Positions 13,534-28,411 of a stretch of DNA of 64,000 bases are shown piece by piece. The stretch is from Ylistrum balloti. Lineage: Eukaryota. The first letter of the stretch is position 1; each line of letters begins with the position of its first letter. A program made the position numbers and the translations under genes. The notes under the pieces are model-generated. The model was not told the DNA's origin. It did no database searches and was given only the letters and a program-made list of their open reading frames with translations. The DNA lies in assembly GCF_031769215.1 (NCBI RefSeq), contig NW_026781896.1, positions 930,001-994,000 on the forward strand. The letters are read 5' to 3'.

Positions 13534-15052
13534 TATACACACACATATAAGCTTGTTGAAATGCATTTTTGCAAATCTTGACAGTGTTGGATTGTTGTGT
13601 TATCAAGTGAAGTATTCGTACTGATTTTAGAAGGATTATATCACTTTCCCACTTTCCTTTGCTTGTTATTTCATGAATTGTGAAAATGACAAAGAGGTTG
13701 TTACTCATGAATTGTGAAATTATCTAGTGATCATATATTATTCTTCAAATTTATTTATTTTTACCCACAAAAACGACTTCAGACATCAACTTAATATTAA
13801 TATTCATCTTCAATAGCTTTCGAATGGACAATACCAATATCATATTTTCATCACAAGTTCATATTACAAATAATTTGTAAATGACAAAACCATTAACACA
13901 TGAGCTGTTATCATAAGGAAATGGTCGAACACTTCTGATCTATTCTATGCAGAATATTTCTTTTGATTTGTCACTAATGTTACAGAAAAGGCCATCTTTT
14001 CTTTCCGGAACACAGGGCTTTGTTTCGTTTGTTGATGTGTCTATCATTAGGTCTCTTATATCTTATGATTAAGTTTGTCAATTTGGAGAATTTCAGCTTG
14101 TTTAAATGACACAATGCAATACGTTTGTGTATGTGTATACATCACCAAAATACATTTAAATCGTATAATCTAGTACGTATTTATCAAAAAGGCATGGAGA
14201 CCCTAATGAGCATAACATCTCAGTTTACTCGATACTCTAAACATACTCATTAAGACGCAATAGACGCTATATTAACGTCACAAAAACTGCATTCAGCGCA
14301 ATATGTTTTCATTGAAAACCCCTGAAATAACATCATCGCTAAAATTTATATATAAATTAAAAACATGAATGTGTATTAGTCATAAGAAAGGTGATATATT
14401 TAAACTCGATGAGCAACGAAAACTAAATTGATTTAAAGCACATTATCTTGGTATGGTATTCTTTCCAAGAATGGTTAAAGACGATATAGATATATGATTG
14501 TGAGTAATACTGAAGAGTGTTTGGTGGGAAAATTAGCCCAAATCAAAGAAGAAACATACCAAAACATGAAAATGATCGAGTTTCGTGTTGGCAACATCTT
14601 CGTCGAGATTGGTGGCAAGATTTTCCAACACCCTATTGGCATACCAATAGGAATTAACTGTGGTCCTTTGTTGGCCGAGTTGTTTTGTTTTCATACGAGG
14701 CGGAATTTATCAAAATTGAAAAAGAAGTGGTCAAAACAGGTTTTTGTTTCTTCGGCAAAATCAGCTTTACTTATTAATTTTATCTTAAACAAGGCATACA
14801 AATTCATGCTTGATCATGAGAACGGTTTCTTGAATACGGGTCAAGTTCTTGTTATCTTTGTATTATTTCAAGAGTTTCCTTATCATCTGTTTTGTGTTCA
14901 TACGCTGCCTTCATTAATCGATTGTGTATTTACATTATGATATTAAAACAATATACAGAAATTTTCTTATTATTATTAAAAATAAGAACAAAAGAAATTC
15001 AGTCATCTTTCAGGAAAATGCATAATTTTAATTGGTCTACATTCTTAAGCAT

Positions 15053-17541
15053 TTAATTAAGAACATAAATTGGCCACCCAGGATGGCATGTATGTGCGAG
15101 AGAAGAACTCATCAGTGCCAGGTCGTCATGTGTCATGGGTGTGCTACTGGGATTGCTGTCTATCAACTGGATGAGTTTTACCTAGAAATATAAAACAAAA
15201 AGTGTCTTCTTGATCTGTTAAACAAGTGTAAAAATCGTTCATGATCGCAAGGTTGCCAGTTCGCATCGTAGCCAGTGCCGTTAATTGACCAAGGGAGTTG
15301 AAATATCTGACAAAGCCAAATAGCTGATAGGCACATCGTGTGAGATATCTAAATCAGCATTTAACTTACTATAAGTATTCCGAAGGCGTCATAACATTTA
15401 ACTGCAATATTTGCAAGAGTTTTTGGGGGTTTTAACGAAGTATGCGACCATATATTGTCATATCCTAATCAAAATTATTATTATAATCCACCAAATAGGT
15501 ATTTTGGCTAGCATGCATTACGATCAATTTGAATGACAAATTTGTATTCAAAAGATATTTTCGCAAAATGAAAAAAAAATCACTAAAAAGAACAAAGACT
15601 GAAAGAATCGTTAACTTCCTGAAACAGGAACTGAGACAATTAACGAACATAAACATATGAAATCGTCTGAATTATTCACTGACTTGAAAAAGCCATTTAT
15701 TATTTTTAAAGATGAAAAATATATATATATAATTTTGCAAAAAAGAAAGAATCCCTCCCTTCACTTGATCAAAATGATCTATGAAAAACTCCAAACAAAA
15801 GATTGAAGTTAAGCCTATGACGATCGTTTTCATTCCGTGTAGATAACCTGTTCATCTACTAACCTCGAGATTCCTGAGAACATGAATATCTTGGATGTGA
15901 CTCTTCTCATCATCACTTGGGTTATATATCCAACACTGATGGTTACTGACTATCGCCATACGTTGCTGCAAAACGCCATAAACATTGCTAAATGATCTTT
16001 CAGCTTATTATATTTTCTTAATGTTGAACACATATTTTATTTTAGATTTTAATACAGATGAGAGGTCACATACAAATAGAAATTCAAAAGCAGGATTGTA
16101 TTAATGTTTTTAAACATCAATGTTAGTTTGGGCATTTTGATGGTATTAGTCACTGAAATACAAACTGACAATAAGGTCGAAATTTTCGCGAATCAACTTT
16201 ATGTACTGGGATGAAGTGTACTACCGGAACATATTTTATCATAGGGTTTGTATAGAACATAGTTTGTTGAATATTTTGGAACAATGTGCCAAATTTGCTG
16301 AAATAAGATGTCATATTCAACACCTTCGTGACATTACCGAATTAATGTCATACTTGAAGGCAAATCCTTCTCCAATATGTGGTGCGTGGGTTCCATGATG
16401 TCCATGTTGGTGTGTTGTATTATGGTTGTTATGGTTATGTGGTGCCTTAGTTGTTGTCATAGCACATGTCTGAAAAAAATGGAGTTGAAATACTTTTGTC
16501 GGTATTAATGCCAACAACTTTGAGATTTTCGAGTACACGATATGAATTTAGCAACTATTTACTGAAAAATAAATAAAGAAGACGCTTTTGTACACTGGAT
16601 TAAATAAATACAATTTAATATGTCTCATGAATATGAAAACAAGAGACCCATGTGCGTTCACGGTCATCTTACTCTAAAAACATATACATGAAAGGTCCAA
16701 AATAGGCCTTAAATAATTTTTTCAACTACTCTACAGCTTAAACAGAAGACATTGTTGGTTAATCATGACATTTTTTGCAAACTTAATACCATATTCTTTA
16801 TACATACAATACATTATTATCATTACTCATGATGCTTAACCATTTCAACACATTTAATAACTGTGACTTTGAAAATGGGTCAATGTCATTCATATCAACA
16901 AAGTTGGTAGGCCTTCATCCTAACATGCTTTAGGCCTAATATCCTAATCCTTGACTATTATGTTATTTTGAAGAAGTTATTCTAAGATTTAAACATATTT
17001 GATCCCTGTGACCTTTCAGGCGATAAAAGTAATCCTATTAACTAGAGCTTGAATCAACTTTCTGAATTTAAGAAATAATTCCCATCCTATATGATGTTTC
17101 AGACTTTTGGTTGAAATCCAGCATTAAACATTTTGAGGTTTAATATTGACTAGCTATCCCATTTGGAGCCCCGTCCACCTCTAGGTTCCTAGGAGTCAAA
17201 TCAAGTTTCTGAATTTAAGAAATTATTCTCCACTCTGAATAATGTTTCACACCAAAGTTCGTTGAAAATCATTCAAACATTAAGTGTTTACGAAGCAGTC
17301 CTAGCCACCGAGAAAGTGACGCCAGTCTCACTTTTGCGACTCTTCGTCGTATACGAGACAACATTACAAGATATTGATATCAATGGAGTGCAAAGAACTT
17401 AAAAAAACTAAGTTTCCTTGTATTATATTATTTAGAAAAACGGAATTTAAAGAATAATTCTTGTAAATAACTGCAAATAGTAAAGTTTTAAATACTCACT
17501 AAGGCGACCATACAGGCCAGAAGACCAAGTATTCCGTTCAT
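15053..17541 (-). CDS. Secreted His-rich BRICHOS-like protein, copy 3 (intact)
   Basis: Exons 17541-17500, 16469-16338, 15965-15864, 15181-15053; open frame and conserved splice sites. Confidence 0.88.
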
Positions 17542-19490
17542 CGTTAGAATGTGATGTTGGACCCAAGCAAGGAAACAAGTGAATCAAAGAATTGAACTGA
17601 CCGATGTATTTGTATCTAATGTGTGGGAATGACCTGGATTTTCATTCTTATCTGTAGTGTTGTGATGTCTGTGATCATACCATATGGTCAGCATCATGCT
17701 AACCCATTTCATTATTTTGTTTCACAATTTCTATGTTTGTTTGATTAATGTAGAAACATGTAGATAGCATCCCTTTCTTTATTATCTACTTATACTACAC
17801 GTATCCTATGTAGGTAGAATATTATATATCCTGTCTAAACTCGTTTTTGTAAAGAATTAAAAACAAAGAAAATACTGACAATTTAACAGATTATTTATAC
17901 AGTGTCGTTTTTACCTGTTTTGAATAAATATAGTGCCTGTTAGATATAAAGTAGCACCGCATCTTCGTCGATGCATATAATTATGTTTGTTTCATTTATC
18001 ATCTCCTCGTCAACATCTTTTTGAAACGGCTAGTTGTTATCTTATTGAACAACATACGGGAGGCTCGTTACTTGCCATTCAGTGCAACTTCGTAAAGGTG
18101 GCTTACCAGCGTACACAACCTTGACTGCACAAACCGACTAGTTTCCCATCCTCCTGAGAAAAAACCAACGCCCAATGATGTATATTCATCATATCTAACA
18201 GGGGAACAATTTTTACATAAGTTCACGTATTCCGTTTTTATTTCCAATTATTTGAACAGAAAATACAATCTTGTCCAAAATGTGTTCCAATAAGCATGAG
18301 TACATATACAAATGTGATTAGAGAGCAGACATGTTACCCAACAGTGTGTGACCTTTTGTTAGCTAAGTCTGAAATCGTGCCCGTTGAACCTTCTAATTTA
18401 TCACATTTGCACTCAAATGACCAGGTAAGTTTTCGGTCATTTTGAGATGAAACAGTCTCCAGTGTTTCCAATTTCCCATTGTGAAAGTTATTGCCGGCTC
18501 TTTTTCCGCATAGGAAGAGAGAAAAATCTCATTTTTCTCTTGCCGCTTGTTGTTTTATGCGATTGGAGTTTTATTTCAGCTTACAGAGTAAGATACTAAT
18601 GCTTCACGCTCTTCTATATCTAAAGCACTCCAATACCTCAAGCATTCCACTTTATCTCATAAGGTCAAATGGTTCATATTGTAATGATTGTAGTTTCACA
18701 TATTCGACACTAGGATATGAAGCAATTAGCGGACGGCATTATAGTGTAATCGCTTAGAAATGTCAAAACCTTGACACATATGCATGACCCAATTTGTCTC
18801 ATTGATATTCAAATAAGGAATGTTTAAAACACTGATCAACACATTTTTCATTTGTATAACAGTCTTGTCCAGTCACAGCGTTATTAATACATTAAAGCAC
18901 ACAGCTACTTATTGATGAAACGTATAAAGACAGCAATGAACTTTCACAGCGTCACTAAAACCAAAATAAATTATCAACAATTAATCAAATTGAGGAAAAC
19001 AGTGACTTGTATGACAGCATTGTCCCGTCACAGCGTTAACACAACGTAAAAGAGAACCACCATATTAATCGAATTGATAAAAAAACAAGAACACAGGACA
19101 CATTTTACTTCGAAATCATTAAACCACTACAAAAGTGATTCCTTTCTGACATCGGAAATTTCCCCGTCGTCTGTATCTGTAAAAATATATAACTCTTGAG
19201 CTGAAGAGATTGTCAAAATTGAAACAATAATGTTATTTTGACGTCATGATTATTGAAAAGAAAATATTTCTCAAAATGAAAACTAGCCAGCTAGTCAGTC
19301 CTAGAACAAACCAAATATGAAGTGATATTGCTCTGTCTTGGTTAAAAGCGATAAAAGGAAAAATTGTACAGTGTCATGAATTGAATATACCTTGTTCCTT
19401 GATAAATAAAGTTTAGATGTTTTCCAGTTTGGAGGAAACTGATATTTTATCTTATGAGAACAAAAGATTTCTGTTCGGATTAAGAATATA

Positions 19491-20971
19491 TACTAAACAA
19501 AAAAAAATGAAAGGTAACACTACTTTATTCTGTGATTATTTAATTAACCCCTTCATAAACGCTTACCAATCATGTACGAATAAAGTAATTGATCACTTCT
19601 GATAAAACTGCAGTCATGGTTCATTATAAAACTTTGCGTTCAGTTGATTTTATTCGACTGTAATGGACGTTGGGGTCAATTTCAAAGGCAACACCATTAG
19701 TAACAGGTATGGCCACTGTTTGCGAAGTAAACAGCATTGCAGCGTCGTCGCATAGAAATCGTAAATCGGCGGATAATTCGAGGAGAGATGTTGTTCGATT
19801 AAAAGATCAAGGCTTGGGCCAGCTCCTACAAGTTTGACGGCTGATTTTGACGTTCTCTCACGCGTCGCCCAAGAACGTCACAGACATGCTTAATCGGTGA
19901 CAAATCAGGTGATTTAGACGGCCAATCTAACATCTGTACGTTATTGTGCCACAAGAAAGTTCTGCTGACGCGACTGGTGTGCGCTGGTGCGTTATCCTGT
20001 TGAAAAATGTGGCCAAAGCCATGGCGTCTTAAGAATGGCAGAACCACTGGTCTTAAAATTTCGTCGCGATATCGAATGGCGGTTAAACTGTCATTTAACA
20101 CAACAAGCCTGGTACAAGTCCCCCCACAAATACCACCCCAAACCATTACACTTCCGCCGCCAAAGCGGTCTCGTTCTGCGACGCAGCAGTTCGCAAAACG
20201 CTCCCTTCGTCGTCTCCACACGCTGCGCATTTCGTCACCGTGTTGCAGACAAAACCTGGACTCATCTGAAAACAGAACATTGTTCCATTATCGTAAGGCC
20301 CAACGACGGTGAACACGGGTCCAGTTACGCCGATTATTACGGTGACGTCGCAACAAATTGGGTCCAGTGTAAGGACGCCGCGTTTTCAATTGGTAGGCCC
20401 TCAACCTATTGCGGACTGTTTGGGAGACACACGACGCCCAAACAATGTCTTTGTAGTCTCTACTGCGGTTACGAATCGATTGCGCAAGTGTATCAATCGT
20501 ATACCACGGTCATCCCAGGCGGTCTTCTTACGGGATCGGCCGCTTCGGGGACGATCGGATGTTGACCAGTTTGGTTTAAACGACTTACCAACTAGCAAAT
20601 TGTCTTAACACTGCAACCAAAATGCCGTACAAGTCGACGGCGAGACTTCCCAGCCTGTATCATGCCTACAGCCCTTTCTCTCTCTACTTGTGACAGCCGG
20701 GGCATAATGATAAAGTTGATAGATAGCAAGATTCGGTGATTTCTAAGTCCTAAGGAACAGTTGTCAGTTTGAATGTTTATGAAATTCAAGCAAAGGTACA
20801 AGTCAGTGACAGAAAACCTCGTGCAGCTCTTTCGATAATACAGACTTTCACGCTTGAATGATTTTGGTAACCTCCTTGAATTTTGTAATATTGCACAAGC
20901 GTCATTTTGTTTTCACTCATTTACAGGTATTCGCCAAGGAAACATGTTAACCTTTCTTTTTTTGTTGAGTA
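19491..20971 (-). mobile_element. Tc1/mariner transposon, non-functional, unit 3
   Basis: Same element and flanks; carries the extra TAG seen in unit 1. Confidence 0.93.
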
Positions 20972-22490
20972 TATACACACACATATAAGCTTGTTGAAAT
21001 GCATTTTTGCAAATCTTGACAGTGTTGGATTGTTGTGTTATCAAGTGAAGTATTCGTACTGATTTTAGAAGGATTATATCACTTTCCCACTTTCCTTTGC
21101 TTGTTATTTCATGAATTGTGAAAATGACAAAGAGGTTGTTACTCATGAATTGTGAAATTATCTAGTGATCATATATTATTCTTCAAATTTATTTATTTTT
21201 ACCCACAAAAACGACTTCAGACATCAACTTAATATTAATATTCATCTTCAATAGCTTTCGAATGGACAATACCAATATCATATTTTCATCACAAGTTCAT
21301 ATTACAAATAATTTGTAAATGACAAAACCATTAACACATGAGCTGTTATCATAAGGAAATGGTCGAACACTTCTGATCTATTCTATGCAGAATATTTCTT
21401 TTGATTTGTCACTAATGTTACAGAAAAGGCCATCTTTTCTTTCCGGAACACAGGGCTTTGTTTCGTTTGTTGATGTGTCTATCATTAGGTCTCTTATATC
21501 TTATGATTAAGTTTGTCAATTTGGAGAATTTCAGCTTGTTTAAATGACACAATGCAATACGTTTGTGTATGTGTATACATCACCAAAATACATTTAAATC
21601 GTATAATCTAGTACGTATTTATCAAAAAGGCATGGAGACCCTAATGAGCATAACATCTCAGTTTACTCGATACTCTAAACATACTCATTAAGACGCAATA
21701 GACGCTATATTAACGTCACAAAAACTACATTCAGCGCAATATGTTTTCATTGAAAACCCCTGAAATAACATCATCGCTAAAATTTATATATAAATTAAAA
21801 ACATGAATGTGTATTAGTCATAAGAAAGGTGATATATTTAAACTCAATGAGCAAAGAAAACTAAATTGATTTAAAGCACATTATCTTGGTATGGTATTCT
21901 TTCCAAGAATGGTGAAAGACGATATAGATATATGATTGTGAATAATACTGAAGAGTGTTTGGTGGGAAAATTAGCCCAAATCAAAGAAGAAACATACCAA
22001 AACATGAAAATGATCGAGTTTCGTGTTGGCAACATCTTCGTCGAGATTGGTGGCAAGATTTTCCAACACCCTATTGGCATACCAATAGGAATTAACTGTG
22101 GTCCTTTGTTGGCCGAGTTGTTTTGTTTTCATACGAGGCGGAATTTATCAAAATTGAAAAAGAAGTGGTCAAAACAGGTTTTTGTTTCTTGGGCAAAATC
22201 AGCTTTACTTATTAATTTTATCTTAAACAAGGCATACAAATTCATGCTTGATCATGAGAACGGTTTCTTGAATACGGGTCCAGGTCTTGTTATCTTTGTA
22301 TTATTTCAAGAGTTTCCTTATCATCTGTTTTGTGTTCATACGCTGCCTTCATTAATCGATTGTGTATTTACATTATGATATTAAAACAATATACAGAAAT
22401 TTTCTTATTATTATTGAAAATAAGAACAAAAGAAATTCAGTCATCTTTCAGGAAAATGCATAATTTTAATTGGTCTTCATTCTTAAGCAT

Positions 22491-24980
22491 TTAATTAAGA
22501 ACATAAATTGGCCACCCAGGATGGCATGTATGTGCGAGAGAAGAACTCATCAGTGCCAGGTCGTCATGTGTCATGGGTGTGCTACTGGGATTGCTGTCTA
22601 TCAACTGGATGAGTTTTACCTAGAAATATAAAACAAAAAGTGTCTTCTTGATCTGTTAAACAAGTGTAAAAATCGTTCATGATCGCAAGGTTGCCAGTTC
22701 GCATCGTAGCCAGTGCCGTTAATTGACCAAGGGAGTTGAAATATCTGACAAAGCCAAATAGCTGATAGGCACATCGTGTGAGATATCTAAATCAGCATTT
22801 AACTTACTATAAGTATTCCGAAGGCGTCATAACATTTAACTGCAATATTTGCAAGAGTTTTTGGGGGTTTTAACGAAGTATGCGACCATATATTGTCATA
22901 TCCTAATCAAAATTATTATTATAATCCACCAAATAGGTATTTTGGCTAGCATGCATTACGATCAATTTGAATGACAAATTTGTATTCAAAAGATATTTTC
23001 GCAAAATGAAAAAAAAATCACTAAAAAGAACAAAGACTGAAAGAATCGTTAACTTCCTGAAACAGGAACTGAGACAATTAACGAACATAAACATATGAAA
23101 TCGTCTGAATTATTCACTGACTTGAAAAAGCCATTTATTATTTTTAAAGATGAAAAATATATATATATAATTTTGCAAAAAAGAAAGAATCCCTCCCTTC
23201 ACTTGATCAAAATGATCTATGAAAAACTCCAAACAAAAGATTGAAGTTAAGCCTATGACGATCGTTTTCATTCCGTGTAGATAACCTGTTCATCTACTAA
23301 CCTCGAGATTCCTGAGAACATGAATATCTTGGATGTGACTCTTCTCATCATCACTTGGGTTATATATCCAACACTGATGGTTACTGACTATCGCCATACG
23401 TTGCTGCAAAACGCCATAAACATTGCTAAATGATCTTTCAGCTTATTATATTTTCTTAATGTTGAACACATATTTTATTTTAGATTTTAATACAGATGAG
23501 AGGTCACATACAAATAGAAATTCAAAAGCAGGATTGTATTAATGTTTTTAAACATCAATGTTAGTTTGGGCATTTTGATGGTATTAGTCACTGAAATACA
23601 AACTGACAATAAGGTCGAAATTTTCGCGAATCAACTTTATGTACTGGGATGAAGTGTACTACCGGAACATATTTTATCATAGGGTTTGTATAGAACATAG
23701 TTTGTTGAATATTTTGGAACAATGTGCCAAATTTGCTGAAATAAGATGTCATATTCAACACCTTCGTGACATTACCGAATTAATGTCATACTTGAAGGCA
23801 AATCCTTCTCCAATATGTGGTGCGTGGGTTCCATGATGTCCATGTTGGTGTGTTGTATTATGGTTGTTATGGTTATGTGGTGCCTTAGTTGTTGTCATAG
23901 CACATGTCTGAAAAAAATGGAGTTGAAATACTTTTGTCGGTATTAATGCCAACAACTTTGAGATTTTCGAGTACACGATATGAATTTAGCAACTATTTAC
24001 TGAAAAATAAATAAAGAAGACGCTTTTGTACACTGGATTAAATAAATACAATTTAATATGTCTCATGAATATGAAAACAAGAGACCCATGTGCGTTCACG
24101 GTCATCTTACTCTAAAAACATATACATGAAAGAGCCAAAATAGGCCTTAAATAATTTTTTCAACTACTCTACAGCTTAAACAGAAGACATTGTTGGTTAA
24201 TCATGACATTTTTTGCAAACTTAATACCATATTCTTTATACATACAATACATAATTATCATTACTCATGATGCTTAACCATTTCAACACATTTAATAACT
24301 GTGACTTTGAAAATGGGTCAATGTCATTCATATCAACAAAGTTGGTAGGCCTTCATCCTAACATGCTATAGGCCTAATATCCTAATCCTTGACTATTATG
24401 TTATTTTGAAGAAGTTATTCTAAGATTTAAACATATTTGATCCCTGTGACCTTTCAGGCGATAAAAGTAATCCTATTAACTAGAGCTTGAATCAACTTTC
24501 TGAATTTAAGAAATTATTCCGCATCCTATATGATGTTTCAGACCTTTGGTTGCAATCCAGCATTAAACATTTTGAGGTTTAATATTGACTAGCTATCCCA
24601 TTTGGAGCCCCGTCCACCTCTAGGTTCCTAGGAGTCAAATCAAGTTTCTGAATTTAAGAAATTATTCTCCACTCTGAATAATGTTTCACACCAAAGTTCG
24701 TTGAAAATCATTCAAACATTAAGTGTTTACGACGCAGTCCTAGCCACCGAGAAAGTGACGCCAGTCTCACTTTTGCGACTCTTCGTCGTATACGAGACAA
24801 CATTACAAGATATTGATATCAATGGAGTGCAAAGAACTACAAAAAACTACGTTTCCTTGTATTATATTATTTAGAAAAACGGAATTTAAAGAATAATTCT
24901 TGTAAATAACTGCAAATAGTAAAGTTTTAAATACTCACTAAGGCGACCATACAGGCCAGAAGACCAAGTATTCCGTTCAT
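22491..24980 (-). CDS. Secreted His-rich BRICHOS-like protein, copy 4 (intact)
   Basis: Exons 24980-24939, 23907-23776, 23403-23302, 22619-22491; open frame and conserved splice sites. Confidence 0.88.
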
Positions 24981-26930
24981 CGTTAGAATGTGATGTTGGA
25001 CCCAAGCAAGGAAACAAGTGAATCAAAGAATTGAACTGACCGATGTATTTGTATCTAATGTGTGGGAATGACCTGGATTTTCATTCTTATCTGTAGTGTT
25101 GTGATGTCTGTGATCATACCATATGGTCAGCATCATGCTAACCCATTTCATTATTTTGTTTCACAATTTCTATGTTTGTTTGATTAATGTAGAAACATGT
25201 AGATAGCATCCCTTTCTTTATTATCTACTTATACTACACGTATCCTATGTAGGTAGAATATTATATATCCTGTCTAAACTCGTTTTTGTAAAGAATTAAA
25301 AACAAAGAAAATACTGACAATTTAACAGATTATTTATACAGTGTCGTTTTTACCTGTTTTGAATAAATATAGTGCCTGTTAGATATAAAGTAGCACCGCA
25401 TCTTCGTCGATGCATATAATTATGTTTGTTTCATTTATCATCTCCTCGTCAACATCTTTTTGAAACGGCTAGTTGTTATCTTATTGAACAACATACGGGA
25501 GGCTCGTTACTTGCCATTCAGTGCAACTTCGTAAAGGTGGCTTACCAGTGTACACAACCTTGACTGCACAAACCCACTAGTTTCCCATCCTCCTGAGAAA
25601 ACACCAACGCCCAATGATGTATATTCATCATATCTAACAGGGGAACAATTTTTACATCATTTCACGTATTCCGTTTTTATTTCCAATTATTTGAACAGAA
25701 AATACAATCTTGTCCAAAATGTGTTCCAATAAGCATGAGTACATATACAAATGTGATTAGAGAGCAGACATGTTACCCAACAGTGTGTGACCTTTTGTTA
25801 GCTAAGTCTGAAATCGTGCCCGTTGAACCTTCTAATTTATCACATTTGCACTCAAATGACCAGGTAAGTTTTCGGTCATTTTGAGATGAAACAGACTCCA
25901 TAGATTCCAATTTCCCATTGTGAAAGTTATTGCCGGCTCTTTTTCCGCATAGGAAGAGAGAAAAATCTCATTTTTCTCTTGCCGCTTGTTGTTTTATGCG
26001 ATTTGAGTTTTATTTCAGCTTACAGAGTAAAATACTAATGCTTCACGCTCTTCTATATCTAAAGCACTCCAATACCTCAAGCATTCCACTTTATCTCATA
26101 AGGTCAAATGGTTCATATTGTAATGATTGTAGTTTCACATATTCGACACTAGGATATGAAGCAATTAGCGGACGGCATTATAGTGTAATCACTTAGAAAT
26201 GTCAAAACATTGACACATATGCATGACCCAATTTGTCTCATTGATATTCAAATAAGGAATGTTTAAAACACTGATCAACAATTTTTCATTTGTATAACAG
26301 TCTTGTCCAGTCACAGCGTTATTAATACATTAAAGCACACAACTACTTATTGATGAAACGTATAAAGACAGCAATGAACTTTCACAGCGTCACTAAAACC
26401 AAAATAAATTATCAACAATTAATCAAATTGAGGAAAACAGTGACTTGTATGACAGCATTGTCCCGTCACAGCGTTAACACAACGTAAAAGAGAACCACCA
26501 TATTAATCGAATTGATAAAAAAAAACAAGAACACAGGACACATTTTACTTCGAAATCATTAAACCACTACAAAAGTGATTCCTTTCTGACATCGGAAATT
26601 TCCCCGTCGTCTGTATCTGTAAAAATATATAACTCTTGAGCTGAAGAGATTGTCAAAATTGAAACAATAATGTTATTTTGACGTCATGATTATTGAAAAG
26701 AAAATATTTCTCAAAATGAAAACTAGCCAGCTAGTCAGTCCTAGAACAAACCAAATATGAAGTGATATTGCTCTGTCTTGGTTAAAAGCGATAAAAGGAA
26801 AAATTGTACAGTGTCATGAATTGAATATACCTTGTTCCTTGATAAATAAAGTTTAGATGTTTTCCAGTTTGGAGGAAACTGATATTTTATCTTATGAGAA
26901 CAAAAGATTTCTGTTCGGATTAAGAATATA

Positions 26931-28411
26931 TACTAAACAAAAAAAAATGAAAGGTAACACTACTTTATTCTGTGATTATTTAATTAACCCCTTCATAAAC
27001 GCTTACCAATCATGTACGAATAAAGTAATTGATCACTTCTGATAAAACTGCAGTCATGGTTCATTATAAAACTTTGCGTTCAGTTGATTTTATTCGACTG
27101 TAATGGACGTTGGGGTCAATTTCAAAGGCAACACCATTAGTAACAGGTATGGCCACCGTTTGCGAAGTAAACAGCATTGCAGCGTCGTCGCATAGAAATC
27201 GTAAATCGGCGGATAATTCGAGGAGAGATGTTGTTCGATTCAAAAATCAAGGCTTGGGCCAGCTCCTGCAAGTTTGACTGTTGATTTTGACGTTCTCTCA
27301 CGCGTCGCCCAAGAACGTCACAGACATGCTCAATCGGTGACAAATCAGGTGATTTAGACGGCCAATCTAACATCTGTACGTTATTATGCCACAAGAAAGT
27401 TCTGCTGACGCGACTGGTGTGCGCTGGTGCGTTATCCTGTTGAAAAATGTGGCCAACGCCATGGCGTCTTAAGAATGGCAGAACCACTGGTCTTAAAATT
27501 TCGTCGCGATATCGAATGGCGGTTAAACTGTCATTTAACACAACAAGCCTGGTACAAGTCCCCCCACAAATACCACCCCAAACCATTACACTTCCGCCGC
27601 CAAAGCGGTCCCGTTCTGCGACGCAGCAGTTCGCAAAACGCTCCCTTCGTCGTCTCCACACTCTGCACATTTCGTCACCGTGTTGCAGACAAAACCTGGA
27701 CTCATCTGAAAACAGAACATTGTTCCATTATCGTAAGGCCCAACGACGGTGAACACGGGTCCAGTTACGCCGATTATTACGGTGACGTCGCAACAAATTG
27801 GGTCCAGTGTAAGGACGCCGCGTTTTCAATTGGTAGGCCCTCAACCTATTGCGGACTGTTTGGGAGACACACGACGCCCAAACAATGTCTTTGTAGTCTC
27901 TACTGCGGTTACGAATCGATTGCGCAAGTGTATCAATCGTATACCACGGTCATCCCAGGCGGTCTTCTTACGGGATCGGCCGCTTCGAGGACGATCGGAT
28001 GTTGACCAGTTTGGTTTAAACGACTTACCAACTAGCAAATTGTCTTAACACTGCAACCAAAATGCCGTACAAGTCGACGGCGAGACTCCCCAGCCTGTAT
28101 CATGCCTACAGCCCTTTCTCTCTCTACTTGTGACAGCCGGGGCATAATGATAAAGTTGATAGATAGCAAGATTCGGTGATTTCTAAGTCCTAAGGAACAG
28201 TTGTCAGTTTGAATGTTTATGAAATTCAAGCGAAGGTACAAGTTAGTCACAGAAAACCTCGTGCAGCTCTTTCGATAATACAGACTTTCACGCTTGAATG
28301 ATTTTGGTAACCTCCTTCAATTTTGTAATATTGCACAAGCGTCATTTTGTTTTCACTCATTTACAGGTATTCGCCAAGGAAACATGTTAACCTTTCTTTT
28401 TTTGTTGAGTA
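26931..28411 (-). mobile_element. Tc1/mariner transposon, non-functional, unit 4
   Basis: Same element and flanks; retains the catalytic Glu (SPIEH) but shares the N-terminal frameshifts and TAA. Confidence 0.93.

Noticed and set aside
4611-28411. Model of IS-like amplification by recombination between flanking Tc1 copies, or active transposition
   Set aside because: All four elements share the same inactivating lesions and flanks, and the paralog switch point maps to intron 2 of the gene rather than to the Tc1.
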